Shown here piece by piece: positions 39,158-49,884 of a stretch of 64,000 nucleotides of DNA. The position numbers and the translations under genes were made by a program. Source of the stretch: an uncultured Chloroflexia bacterium (lineage in GTDB: Bacteria; Chloroflexota; Limnocylindria; Limnocylindrales; CSP1-4); assembly GCA_963707215.1 (NCBI GenBank), contig CAVPPB010000002.1, positions 288,001-352,000 on the forward strand, in the 5' to 3' direction. How positions within the stretch are numbered: the first letter of the stretch is position 1; each line of letters begins with the position of its first letter. The notes under the pieces are model-generated. The model made no database searches. It had not been told where the DNA came from and worked only from the letters and a program-made list of their open reading frames with translations.

Positions 39158-40342
39158 TTACTCGACCGTCAGGGTGCCGGTCATGTTCGGGTGGACCGTG
39201 CAGACGAAGGTGTAGGTCCCGGCCGGCAGCGCCGGCACGGCGTAGTCGCGGGTGTCGACGCCGTTGAAGATCTCGCCCAGGAAGACCGTCGCACCGGATC
39301 CGTCCTTGATCTCGACGTTGTGGGGGACCCCGGCGTCGTTGTTGGCGAAGCGGATCGTGAACGGCTGGTCGGCGGAGGCCGTCAGCTGGGCGGTGTCGTA
39401 CTCGATGTTCTGGGCCGAGATCTCCAGTACGGCGCCGGAGGGGGCCTGGCTCGGCTGGGGCTCGCCGCTCGGCTGGGGCTGCGCGCTCGGCGCCGGCTCA
39501 CCGCTGGGCTGGGGCTCGGCGCTCGGCTGCGGCGGCGGGGCGTTGGCGATCTGGTCGGCCAGCCAGGCGTCGAACTCGGCCGGGGCGAGCGCCTTGACGG
39601 TGAACTGCATCGCCCAGTGCTGGGCGCCGCAGAGCTCGGCGCACTGGCCGCGGAACGTCTGGCCCGCGAAGTCGGCCGGGATGTCGAACTCGAAGGCGTT
39701 CTCCTTGCCGGGGATCACGTCGCGCTTGAAGAGGAACTGCGGGACGTAGAAGGCGTGGATCACGTCGGGGCTTCGGAGGGTCAGGTGGACCGTCTCGCCG
39801 GCCGGCACGACCATCTCCGGGGCGAACTGGGTGAACTCGACGGTCGAGCCGTCGGCGGTCAGGTACTCGAAGGTCCACTGGTAGCGGGCGCCGATGGCCC
39901 GGATCCGGACCTCGCCCTCATCTGCGGTGGCGGCGTTGACCGAGTTGAGGGTCTGCCAGCTGATGACGAAGAGCGCCGCCACGACGATCGTCGGGATGAC
40001 CGTCCAGATCACCTCCAGCAGGTTGTTCCCGTGGATCTGCGGCGGAAGCTCGCTGTCACCGGGCTTTCGCCGGTAGCGCACGACCGCCCAGATGATCGCC
40101 CCCTCGACCAGGAGGAAGACGATCGCGGCGATGATGAAGATGATCGTGTAGAGATCGTGGATGGCCTTGCCCTGCTCGGTCGTCGGCACCGGCGGGAAGA
40201 AGGACGCCCAGACGACCCCGAGCTGGGCCACGATGTCGTTGCCGCGAAGGGCCAGGATCCCCAGGAAGACCGCGACGGTGGCCACGGCCGCGACCGTCAG
40301 GATGACGGCGGGGGAGAGGCCAGGTCTGCGGGGCGATGTCAT
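39158..40342 (-). CDS. ctaC: Heme-copper oxidase subunit II (CuA) with C-terminal cupredoxin fusion
   Basis: IHGNNLLEVIWT, YQW, DVIHAF, CAELCGAQHWAM CuA motif, PQPS linker, HNVEI...CTVHPNM. Confidence 0.92.
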   Translation of the reverse strand: MTSPRRPGLSPAVILTVAAVATVAVFLGILALRGNDIVAQLGVVWASFFPPVPTTEQGKAIHDLYTIIFIIAAIVFLLVEGAIIWAVVRYRRKPGDSELPPQIHGNNLLEVIWTVIPTIVVAALFVISWQTLNSVNAATADEGEVRIRAIGARYQWTFEYLTADGSTVEFTQFAPEMVVPAGETVHLTLRSPDVIHAFYVPQFLFKRDVIPGKENAFEFDIPADFAGQTFRGQCAELCGAQHWAMQFTVKALAPAEFDAWLADQIANAPPPQPSAEPQPSGEPAPSAQPQPSGEPQPSQAPSGAVLEISAQNIEYDTAQLTASADQPFTIRFANNDAGVPHNVEIKDGSGATVFLGEIFNGVDTRDYAVPALPAGTYTFVCTVHPNMTGTLTVE

Positions 40343-40531
40343 CGACGATCCTCGAGCTGTCGGAGGGTGTCGACCAGCGCCCACGTGGAGGGGCCGCGGC
40401 CGACGGCGTACCTTGAGCCCGTCCGGGACGCGGGGCGGACCCGGCGCATGATAGCCGAACCGGTGGCGGTTTCGTCTACCGAGCAGGTAAGCATTCGATG
40501 GATGCTCCCGTTCCGTGGGACGATTGACGCC

Positions 40532-41677
40532 GTGAGCACCCGGGCCTCCCGATGGCCAGCCGCTCGGCCGCCCGCTTTCACCCGAGGACTGATCGAGCTC
40601 GTGCTCGCCTCGGCAGGCGTGCTGGCGTTCGTTCCGCCTGCGCTTGCCCACGGTGGGCCCAACCCCGACGAGCCGGGTCCGTTCTTCGTCCTGACCGACT
40701 GGTCGTTCGACCCGCTGACCCAGGGTCTGCTGCTCGGGCTCGCCGTCCTCTACCTCCTGGCGGTCCGGGCGGTCGACCGGGCCCATCCCGGCAACCCGGT
40801 CCCCCGCTCCCGGACGCTGGCCTGGCTGGGCGGCATCGTCGCCCTCGAGCTGGCCCTGGCCTCCGGGATCGAGCGCTACGACACGACGCTCTTCTCCGTG
40901 CACATGGTCCAGCACATCCTGCTGACCCTCGTGGCGGCCCCGCTGCTGGTCCTGGGGGCGCCGCTCACCCTCGTCCTGCGGGTCGCCTCACCCGCCGTCC
41001 GGCGACGCTGGATCCTGCCGATCCTCCACAGCCGGCTGGTCCGGTTCCTCGGCCACCCACTCGTGGCCTGGATCCTGTTCACGGCCGTCATGTGGGGGAG
41101 CCACCTGACGCCGCTCTTCGACGCAGCCCTCGAGAGCGAGCCGCTCCATCGGCTCGAGCACGCCCTCTACCTGTCGACGGCGATGCTCTTCTGGTGGCCG
41201 GTCGTCGGCATCGACCCGAGCCCGTACCGGATGTCGTACCCGGCCCGGATCCTCTACCTGCTGCTCCAGATGCCGACCAACACCTTCCTGGCCGTCCTCG
41301 TCTACTCGGCGACCTCGCCCTGGTACCCGCACTACGTCACGAGCGGGCGGACCTGGGGCCCGAGCCCGCTGCTCGACCAGCAGGCCGCCGGGGCGATCAT
41401 GTGGGTATTCGGCGACCTGGTCTTCCTCGTGGCCGGGCTTCTGATGGTCGCCGCCTGGTGGCGCGACGAGGAGCGGCGAGCGGCCAGGACCGAGGGCCGG
41501 CCGGACCCGGCCCTCCAGGCGATCCGGGAGCGCGAGGTCGCCCTGGCCGCTCGGCTGGCGGCGGAGCGGGAGGCCGCGACGAGCGGGACGCCCGATGGGC
41601 GCGATGCGGCCCCCGCTGGTGCCGCCGCCTCCGGGGCCGTTGCAGGTCAGGCCGAGGGGAGCGGGGCTCCGAGGTAG
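40532..41677 (+). CDS. ctaG: CtaG (Caa3_CtaG family) cytochrome c oxidase assembly factor
   Basis: LFSVHMVQHILL..APLLVLG, HRLEH, FWWP, DQQAAGAIMW; divergent from cox operon; start uncertain. Confidence 0.85.
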   Translation: MSTRASRWPAARPPAFTRGLIELVLASAGVLAFVPPALAHGGPNPDEPGPFFVLTDWSFDPLTQGLLLGLAVLYLLAVRAVDRAHPGNPVPRSRTLAWLGGIVALELALASGIERYDTTLFSVHMVQHILLTLVAAPLLVLGAPLTLVLRVASPAVRRRWILPILHSRLVRFLGHPLVAWILFTAVMWGSHLTPLFDAALESEPLHRLEHALYLSTAMLFWWPVVGIDPSPYRMSYPARILYLLLQMPTNTFLAVLVYSATSPWYPHYVTSGRTWGPSPLLDQQAAGAIMWVFGDLVFLVAGLLMVAAWWRDEERRAARTEGRPDPALQAIREREVALAARLAAEREAATSGTPDGRDAAPAGAAASGAVAGQAEGSGAPR

Positions 41678-42652
41678 GCCCGGTAGCGATCAGGGTCCAC
41701 GTTCCCGCCGCTGACCACGGCGACGATCGGTCCGTCGAGGCCGTCCAGTCCGGCCTCAGCGGAGCGGAATCGCAGGGCCGCCACCGTCAGGGCGCCCGAC
41801 GGCTCCACCACGAGCCGGCTCTCCTCCGCTGCGAGCCGCACGCCGGCGGCGATCTCCGCCTCGCTGACCGTGACGACCGTGTCGAGCAGGGCCGAGAGGT
41901 GGGCGAAGGTCCGTCGACCCAGCGATTGGGTCCGGGTCCCGTCGGCGATCGTCCGGGAGACGAGCTCGGCCGGCCACTCGACGATGCGACCGGTCTCCAG
42001 TGACTCCCGGGCATCGGCCGCCAGCTCCGGTTCGACCCCGACGATCCGGGCTCGCGGATGGAGTGCCCGCACGGCGGCCGCCACGCCGCTGGCCAGGCCG
42101 CCGCCGCCGATCGGGACCAGGACGGCGGCGAGGTCCGGCACCGCCTCGCCGATCTCCAGCCCACAGGTTCCCTGGCCGGCGATGATCCGGTCGTCGTCGT
42201 ACGGCGGCACGACGGCCAGGCCGCGCTCGGCGGCGAGCCGTTCGGCGACCATGCGTCGCTCCTCGCTGGCCGGCCCCACGGTGACGATCTCAGCACCGTC
42301 CGCGGCGACCCGAGCCCGCTTGATCGGCGGGTGCGTCGTCGGGCATGACGACCACGCCGGGCACGCCCAGGAGCCGGGCCGCCCGGGCGACGCCCTGAGC
42401 GTGGTTGCCGGACGAGTAGGTGATCAATCCGCGAGCTCGCGCGTCCGGGGGCAGCGTCGCGGCGAGATGGTAGGCCCCACGGATCTTGAAGGCGCCGATC
42501 GGCTGCAGCGACTCGGCCTTCAGGAGCTGCCGTGCCTCGGGTCGCCCGAAGGGCACCAGGGGAGTGACCGCGGCGACGCCGTCGAGGATGCGGCCAGCGG
42601 CCCGGATCGCCTCGAGCCCGACCAGCGGCTCCACCTCGGTGGGCGCGGTCAA
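41647..42652 (-). CDS. PLP-dependent threonine/serine dehydratase (frameshift near 42320)
   Basis: [23 protein letters not shown], then in another frame IAGQGT, PIGGGGL, VEPSGA, SGGN. Confidence 0.85.
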
Positions 42653-42990
42653 CGCCCCGGGCCCAGCCGCCGCTGGCAGTCGATGCAGTGGGCGGCCCAC
42701 GGGAGCGCCTCCAGGCGCTCCTCGGCGATCGGCTGGCCGCACTCGGTGCACGTTCCATAGACCCCGGCGTCGATCCGTTCGAGCGCGGCCCGGATGTCGG
42801 CCAGGTGGTGCTCGGCCTTCTCGCGCAGTGCCAGGTCGCGCTGCTGCTCGAAGACGTGGGTCGCCGCCGCCGCCTGCGAGCCGTAGGTCATCTGACCCGG
42901 CGACTCGATCTCCTCGCTCAGCTCGGCGAGCACCCGGTCCCGCTCGGCCTCGAGAGCGGCGCGGGCGGTGGCCAGGGTCGAGTCGTCCAT
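42649..42990 (-). CDS. TraR/DksA C4-type zinc-finger protein
   Basis: [23 protein letters not shown]; TAGCAT 7 nt before ATG 42990. Confidence 0.88.
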   Translation of the reverse strand: MDDSTLATARAALEAERDRVLAELSEEIESPGQMTYGSQAAAATHVFEQQRDLALREKAEHHLADIRAALERIDAGVYGTCTECGQPIAEERLEALPWAAHCIDCQRRLGPGR

Positions 42991-43085
42991 GGCGGCCATG
43001 CTAGCGTGCCCGGCGACCTGCTGGAAGCGTCGTCGGTATCCTTGGGCCCACTACGACCTGGATCGAGCACCGAGAGGGAGGCGCC

Positions 43086-43256
43086 ATGGCCATCGAGAAG
43101 GACCCCGTCTGCGGGATGGACGTCGACACTGCCACGTCCCAGCTTTCCTACGAGTACGAGGGCACGACGTACTGGTTCTGCGGCAAGGGCTGCCTGCTGG
43201 AGTTCAAGGACGATCCCGAGAAGTACCTCGATCCCGACTACGTCCCGTCGATGTGA
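43086..43256 (+). CDS. Stand-alone YHS-domain protein (56 aa)
   Basis: GGGAGG SD; MAIEKDPVCGMDV..YEYEGTTYWFCGKGCLLEFKDDPEKY; too short for the ORF track. Confidence 0.88.
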   Translation: MAIEKDPVCGMDVDTATSQLSYEYEGTTYWFCGKGCLLEFKDDPEKYLDPDYVPSM

Positions 43257-43470
43257 TCCGTCCGGTCGGCGAGGCCGCGGCCCGCGCTGCGACTCCGCGC
43301 GTCGGCCCGCTCGCATCTCGTCTCGCGTAAGCGAGCCATAAGCGGAGAAGAACCGATCGACAAGCGCCGGTCGATCAGGGGCGCCTACGGTGGCCCCACG
43401 GCGACGTCGACCGGGGCTCCCGCCGCTCCGAGTCGGTCGCCGACAGGTCGGCGGACGCCGACGGGAGGCG

Positions 43471-43575
43471 ATGATGGACAGGTCCCGACGCTGGCTTCCG
43501 ATCCGGACGGCCCTGACCCTGGTGGCACTCACGGCGATCGCCCTGTCCCTGCAGGCGGGGATGCGCTGGCACTGA
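43471..43575 (+). CDS. 34-aa signal-peptide-like small protein ending LQAGMRWH
   Basis: GGGAGG SD; MMDRSRRWLPIRTALTLVALTAIALSLQAGMRWH; paralog at 54649-54747. Confidence 0.7.
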   Translation: MMDRSRRWLPIRTALTLVALTAIALSLQAGMRWH

Positions 43576-43582
43576 GCTCCGG

Positions 43583-44401
43583 CTAGCCGCGCGCCCCGGC
43601 GACCGCGCCCGAGTCGGCGGTCAGGCGGGTGGCCAGGTACACCGGGATCACCGAGAGCAGGATGGCGATGACGCCGGCCACGTTGACCAGGGGGACCTGG
43701 TTCGCCAGCCGGAAGCTCTGGAAGATCCAGATCGGCAGCGTCTTGACGCCGCCTGCCGTGAAGATCGTCACGATGATCTCGTCGAACGAGAGGGCGAAGG
43801 CCAGGAGGGCTCCGGCCAGCATCGCCGAGCGGAGCGCTGGGAAGGTGATCCGCCGGAAGGTCTGGACAGGTGTGCGCCCCCAGGTCGGCCGAAGCCTCCT
43901 CGAACGAGCGTCGACGTCCGACGCAGGCGGGCGATCGCGTTGTTGTAGACGAGCACGACGCAGAAGGTCGCGTGGCCGACGACGATCGTGAACCAGCCCG
44001 AGGGGGAAGCCGATCGTGGGCGAACGTGGCGCTGAGGGCCATGCCGGTGACGATGCCCGGCAGGGCGATCGGGAAGATGACCACGAACGAGATCGTCTCG
44101 CGACCGAAGAAGCGGTAGCGGGCGACCGCCAGCGCCGCCAGCGATCCGAGCAGGAGGGCGACCAGGGTCGCCCCCAGCGCGACCGTCGAGCGAAGTCAGG
44201 AAGGCCTGCTGGAGGCCGGTGTTGCGCAGCGCGTCTCGGCGAACCAGTCGCAGGGTGAAGCCGGACGGCGGCCAGGCGGCCGTGCCGCCGGGTTGAAGGC
44301 GTAGATGACCAGATCAGGGCGATCGGGAAGTAGATGAACATGAGGATCAGCCCGGTCGCCATCGCGGAGGCGCGATCCGGGTCCCGCGGCTGGCCGTCCA
44401 T
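43583..44401 (-). CDS. potC: Polyamine ABC transporter permease PotC-like (multiple frameshifts)
   Basis: [37 protein letters not shown] fragments in alternating frames. Confidence 0.75.
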   Translation of the reverse strand: MDGQPRDPDRASAMATGLILMFIYFPIALIWSSTPSTRRHGRLAAVRLHPATGSPRRAAQHRPPAGLPDFARRSRWGRPWSPSCSDRWRRWRSPATASSVARRSRSWSSSRSPCRASSPAWPSAPRSPTIGFPLGLVHDRRRPRDLLRRARLQQRDRPPASDVDARSRRLRPTWGRTPVQTFRRITFPALRSAMLAGALLAFALSFDEIIVTIFTAGGVKTLPIWIFQSFRLANQVPLVNVAGVIAILLSVIPVYLATRLTADSGAVAGARG

Positions 44402-45312
44402 CAGAGGGCCTCGAACGCGCCGAGCCGCCGCGCGAGCAGCAGGTAGAGCGAGCATGATCGCCAGGGGCACCAGCGACGTAGGCGGCCGCCAGCGGGAAGT
44501 TCCGGCGCCGAAGTTGACGTAGATGAGTTGCCGATGAACTGATCGTCGTCGACACGGTGGTCGGCACGATGTAGTCACCGAGCGTCAGCGAGAAGGTGAA
44601 GATCGATCCGGCGACGACGAGCCGGGAAGGTCAGCGGCAGGATGACCCGCCGGAAGGTGATCCAGGACTGCCCACCGAGGTCGGCCGACGCCTCGAGCAG
44701 CGAGCCGGGGATGCGCTCGAGGCCGGCGATAGACCGGCAGGATCATGTACGGCAGCCAGAGGTAGACGAAGACGAGCCAGACGGCGACGTCGCCGAAGCC
44801 GGGACCGCTCAGGCCGAGCGGCTCGAGGACCCAGTTGAGGACGCCGTCCTCGGCCAGGATCAGCCGCCACGAGTAGACCTTGATGAGGTAGCTCGCCCAG
44901 AGCGGCATCGATGACCGCGACCACCAGGATCGCGTTGCGCATCCGCGGCGAGGCGACCCTGGCCATGTAGTAGGCGATCGGCAGGGCCAGGATCGCGCAG
45001 GTCAGCGGTGACGCGCGATCGGCCATGAGCACGCGTCCGGAGGGTGATCGACGGGGTAGCGGCCGTCTGATCAGCGCGACGAAGTTGTCGAGGGTGAGCT
45101 CGTAGACGATCAGGCCGGTGAAGGGTCCCGCGTCCAGAAGGCGTTGAGGAACAGGATCAGCGAGCGAGCCCGAGGTAGACGATGACGAGCCAACCCATCG
45201 GCAGGCGCCAGCAAGGCTGCCAGCCGGACCGAGGCGTGCCGGTGGAGCCAGCTCGCAAGCCGTCGAGCCGGCGTCGGCCGGGGGCCTGGATCCGGCTCAC
45301 CTGGGTCGTCAT
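44401..45312 (-). CDS. potB: Polyamine ABC transporter permease PotB-like (multiple frameshifts)
   Basis: PLWASYLIKVYSWRLIL, YLWLPYMILP, EASADLG fragments. Confidence 0.72.
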
Positions 45313-45395
45313 CGTCTCCGTGACTCTAGAAGCGTCGGCCCGGGACCCACGGTGCGGGGGCCCCGGCCGACGGCTCTGCTGTGGTCGGGAGGCCG

Positions 45396-46592
45396 TCAGC
45401 CAGCCCTGATCTCGTGCCAGGCTTCTGGATCCAATCGTCGAAGCCCTTGCACTTCACGTCCGTCCGCCCGTCGACGCACTCCGCCACCGGCGTCTGCCAG
45501 TACCAGACGTCCGGTCCAGAACGCGTCTCGCCGCGTGGAAGATGTCGCAGTGGTCGGGGTCGGCGGTGAGCTCGCAGGACTTCGAGTTGCCCGGCGCCTC
45601 GCCGAACCACTCGGCGATCGGACGTTGATCGCGGGCGAGGTCATGTGGTTGACGAAGGCGTAGGCGCAGTTCGGGTTCTTGGTCTTCGAGTTGATCATCC
45701 AGGTGTCGGACCAGCCCGTCGCGCCCTCCTTGGGCTTGACGACCTCGACCGGCACCGTCGGATCCTCGCCCTGGAGGAGGTTCGTGATGACCTGCCAGGT
45801 CGTCCCGAGGATCGTGTTGCCGCTCCGGAACGACGTCCATCTGCTTGGGTAGTCGCGCCCAGTACTCACCGACCGCCGGCTTCTGCTGCTTGAGCAGGTC
45901 GACCGCGGCCGCGAACTGCGTGTCGTCGAGCGCGTACGGGTTCTCGATGCCGAGGTCGGGCTTCGTCGTCATCAGGACGACGGCTGCGTCGGCGATGTAG
46001 ATCGGGGCGTCATAGACGGAGAACTTGCCGTTGTACGGCGAGCCGGGTCGAACATCTCGGACCCAGCTTCGTCGGTGCCGGGCGTGACCTCGTCGGTCCG
46101 CCACATCAGGAGGTTCGAGCTCCGCGGCCGTGCGGGACGCCGTAGTGGACGCCGTCGACCGTGTTGTACGGCTTGTTCTTGAGGTCGCTCGAAGATCTCG
46201 GCGTAGTTCGGGATGAGGTCGACGTTGACCGGCTGGACGAAGCCCGCCGGCGACCGAGCCGAAGGCTGGCGTCGCCCGAGGCGGAGATGACGTCGAACTG
46301 CTCCGGATTGGTCGGGAACAGGCGTGTACGCCTCGTCGGAGGTCCCGAAGATCTGGACGGTGATCGTCGCAGCCGGTCTCCTCTCGAAGGGGGTCACCCA
46401 GTCGACGGCCGGGTCGGTCGAGCCGTCCTCGACGTAGCCCGGCCAGGCCAGCACGTTGATCGCCTGACCCTCGTCCTCGCCGAGCTCGGTGGGCAGGCTC
46501 CGGCGCCGGCGACGGGCTGTGCTTCCGCTGCTGCACGCCGCGACGACGAACGCCGCCGTGGCAGCGATCGTCAGGATCCTGCGGATCGTCAT
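45396..46592 (-). CDS. potD: Polyamine ABC transporter substrate-binding lipoprotein PotD-like (multiple frameshifts)
   Basis: Lipobox [35 protein letters not shown] fragments. Confidence 0.75.
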
Positions 46593-47692
46593 GCCGTTGA
46601 TCTCCTCCTCCGCGTGCTCTGCCCCATCCACGATGGGGAGGCAGTGCTGTCGCTTCCAGATGAGCCGGACCGCCCGGCCCTGCGCGGCGAGCGCCTCGGT
46701 CGAGGACGTGTGCAGGTTCTGCTGGGTCACGACGAGCTCGCCGCCCGCGTCGAGCGCGACGATGTAGCGCGTGTCGGGCCCGACGTAGACGACATCCCGG
46801 ATCCGCCCCGGGCGCCGACGTCGTCCGGCCCCGGCACGCTGTCCTGGATCGCGCCAGGTGGATCTTCTCCGGCCGGACGGTGAACGTCCCGTCGCCGGCC
46901 GACGATCGCTCCCGCGACGTCGCCGATGAGCAGGTTCGACGTCCCGACGAAGCCCGCGACGAACCGCGGTCGCGGCCGCTCGTAGACCTCGGCGGGGCGC
47001 CGACCTGCTCGATCCGGCCCTTGTTGAAGACGGCCAGGCGGTCGCTCATCGTGAGCGCCTCCTCCTGGTCGTGGGTCACGTAGATGAAGGTGATCCCGAC
47101 CTCCTGCTGGATCCGCTTCAGCTCGATCTGCATCTCCTCGCGGAGCTTCAGGTCGAGCGCGCCCAGCGGCTCGTCGAGGAGCAGGACGCGCGGTCGGTTC
47201 ACGAGCGCGCGCGCGAGCGCGACCCGCTGGCGCTGGCCGCCGGACAGCTGCCCTGGCTTGCGGTCCTCGTAGCCCTCCAGCCGGACCATCTCGGAGGGCG
47301 TCGGTCACGCGCGCTGCCGCTCCGGCCTCGGGCACCTTGCGGACCATCAGGCCGTAGCCGACGTTGTCGCCGACGGTCATGTGCGGGAACAGGGCGTAGT
47401 CCTGGAAGACCGTGTTCACGTCGCGGTCGAACGGCGGCACGCTGGTGACGTCCTGGCCGTGGAGCTCGATGCGGCCCTCCGTCGGCAGCTCGAAGCCGGC
47501 GATCATCCGCAGCGTCGTCGTCTTGCCCGATCCCGACGGGCCGAGCATCGAGAAGAACTCGCCGTCGGCGATGTCGAGGTCGATCCCGGCGACCGCCTCG
47601 ACATCGCCGAAGCGCTTCGTGACCGCGATGAGCCGGACCGCCGGCTCGGTCCGGGCGGTCCTCTCGACTGGATCGGCTGCGGTGATCGTCAC
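46589..47692 (-). CDS. potA: Polyamine ABC transporter ATPase PotA-like (multiple frameshifts)
   Basis: [54 protein letters not shown]. Confidence 0.82.
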
Positions 47693-47865
47693 ACAGGTCC
47701 TCGGATCGGGCGGCGGCGCGTTCGGGGGCGGACGGCTCCGCGGTCGGGGACCCGCGCCTCGCGGGCCGCGGGCCGCGGGATGGCGCGCACTGTGACGCTC
47801 CGCGGCCCGCGATGTCAAGGTGGCCGACCCCACCCGGTTCGGTCTCTGCCCGTAGACTCCCGGCC

Positions 47866-48382
47866 GTGCACGTGTCGTCCGCCCGGTCCATCCGTCCCGC
47901 TCATCGCCCTCGTCCTGTTCGGCGCCCTGGTCGCCGGCTGCGAGGCGGGCGAGCCTACGACGACCCCGCGACCGGAGCCGGGCACCACCGAGCGGCCGCG
48001 CGAGGTCAACATCGTCATGCGCGACTACCTGTTCGCGCCCGACCCCGTCGATCTGGTCCCGGGCGAGACGGTCCGCCTCCAGGTGGTGAACGGCGGACTC
48101 GACTGGCACGAGGTCGTCATCGGCGACCAGGCCGTCCAGGACGCCTGGGAGGTCGCCGAGGCGGCAACCGTCGGGGCCCCGCCCGGTCCGACCCCCGCCG
48201 TGAGTGTCCCGCCGGGCACCGGTGGGCTCCGCGTCGTCGTCTCGTCCGGTGGGCGAGCGGACGTCGTCTGGAACGTGCCCAGCGATCCGGCGGAGGTGGC
48301 CCGGCTGATCGTCGGCTGCCACATCCCCGGTCACTACGCCCGCGGGATGAAGGCCGAGGTCCGGGTCGTCTCGGCCCCCTGA
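47866..48382 (+). CDS. Cupredoxin-like lipoprotein (probable 1-nt frameshift near the start)
   Basis: Lipobox [30 protein letters not shown]; TAGACT 7 nt before GTG 47866, which is out of frame with the body. Confidence 0.75.
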
Positions 48383-48518
48383 GCCCGGTCGCATGGCCCC
48401 CGACCGCGGTCGGGACGGACCTCGCGCCCGGCATCCGATTTGCTACGCTGGCGATGGGTTCACCGCTGGGTCCCGGTGACGCCGACGAGACCATCAAGTT
48501 CGCAGGAGAGCAGAAGAC

Positions 48519-48809
<291 letters not shown>

Positions 48810-48952
48810 CGCCGGGCGGCGAGGCTGCCCCGATCTCCCGTCCACGACTCCCGCACCGAGCCCGCGCACCAGGGCGCCGGTCCGGCCCACCCCCGTCGTC
48901 CGTCCGTCGCCTGGATACGGGCGCGTGCAGTCGCACGGCCTAGACTCGCCCC

Positions 48953-49874
48953 ATGCGCATCGTGTCGCTCACGCCGACGGCGACCGAGATCGCGCGCGCC
49001 CTGGGCCTGGGTCCGCGCATCGTCGGGGTGGGTCATCCCGACAGCGCGCCGGCCGCCCGCCCGGTGCGACGCATCGCGAAGCCGGAGCGGCGGCTCGACG
49101 GTCGCCGGAGCCGGACGATCCATCGAGCCTCGACGGCAGCCGTGGCCGCCGGCCGGTCGCTCGTCCGGGTCGACATCCCCGGCCTGGTGGCCCTCCGGCC
49201 CGATCTGATCGTCGGCACCGAGCCGGGGGACCCGCTGGGGCCTGACGTCGACGAGGTCCGGGCCGCGGTCCACCGGGCGGACCGTCGGCCGACGCTGCTC
49301 CAGCTCGATCCCGACCAGCGTCGAGGGCATCCTCCACGCGATCACGACGGTCGGGGCGCATGCCGAGGTGGAGCCGGCGGCGCTGCGCGTCGTCGCCCGG
49401 CTCCGCGGTCGTCTGGGCAGGATCGAGCGCCGGGTCCTGCGGCGCCGCGAGGCCGGCCACCGCCCTCCCCGGGTCGTGATCCTGGAGTGGCTCGATCCGC
49501 TGCGGGCTTCGGGTCGCTGGGTCCCCGAGCTGGTCCGCCGGGCCGGTGGATGGGAGGTGCTCGGGCGGGAGGGCGAGCCGTCCGTCGCGACGACCTGGCG
49601 GGCGGTCGCCGAGGTCGATCCCGAGCTGCTCTTCCTGGCCCCGCGCGGCTTCGACACCCGGGGGGCGGCGGCGGAGTGGGCTCGCATCCGGCGACCGGCG
49701 GCCTGGGGTCGGCTGGAGGCGGTGCGGCGAGGCCAGGTCATGGTCCTCGACTCGCGCCTGCTGGCCCATCCCGGACCGGCGGTCCTCGACGGGATCGAGC
49801 TGCTGGCCGAGATCCTGGACCCGGAGGCCTTCGTCGACGTCGCGTCGCCGGCCGCCTGGGTCCCGGTGGACTAG
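48953..49874 (+). CDS. BtuF/TroA-like (cobalamin/Fe-siderophore type) binding protein without signal peptide; frameshift near 49320
   Basis: MRIVSLTPTATEI..LG, LRPDLI, then LEWLDPL..GRWVPELV..AGG, HPGP. Confidence 0.75.
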
Positions 49875-49884
49875 GCTCGCCGCG

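Noticed and set aside
42290-42340. Programmed frameshifting in the dehydratase, the 517-2239 gene or the BtuF-like gene
   Set aside because: No slippery heptamer at the breaks, and the window has many other indels consistent with sequencing error
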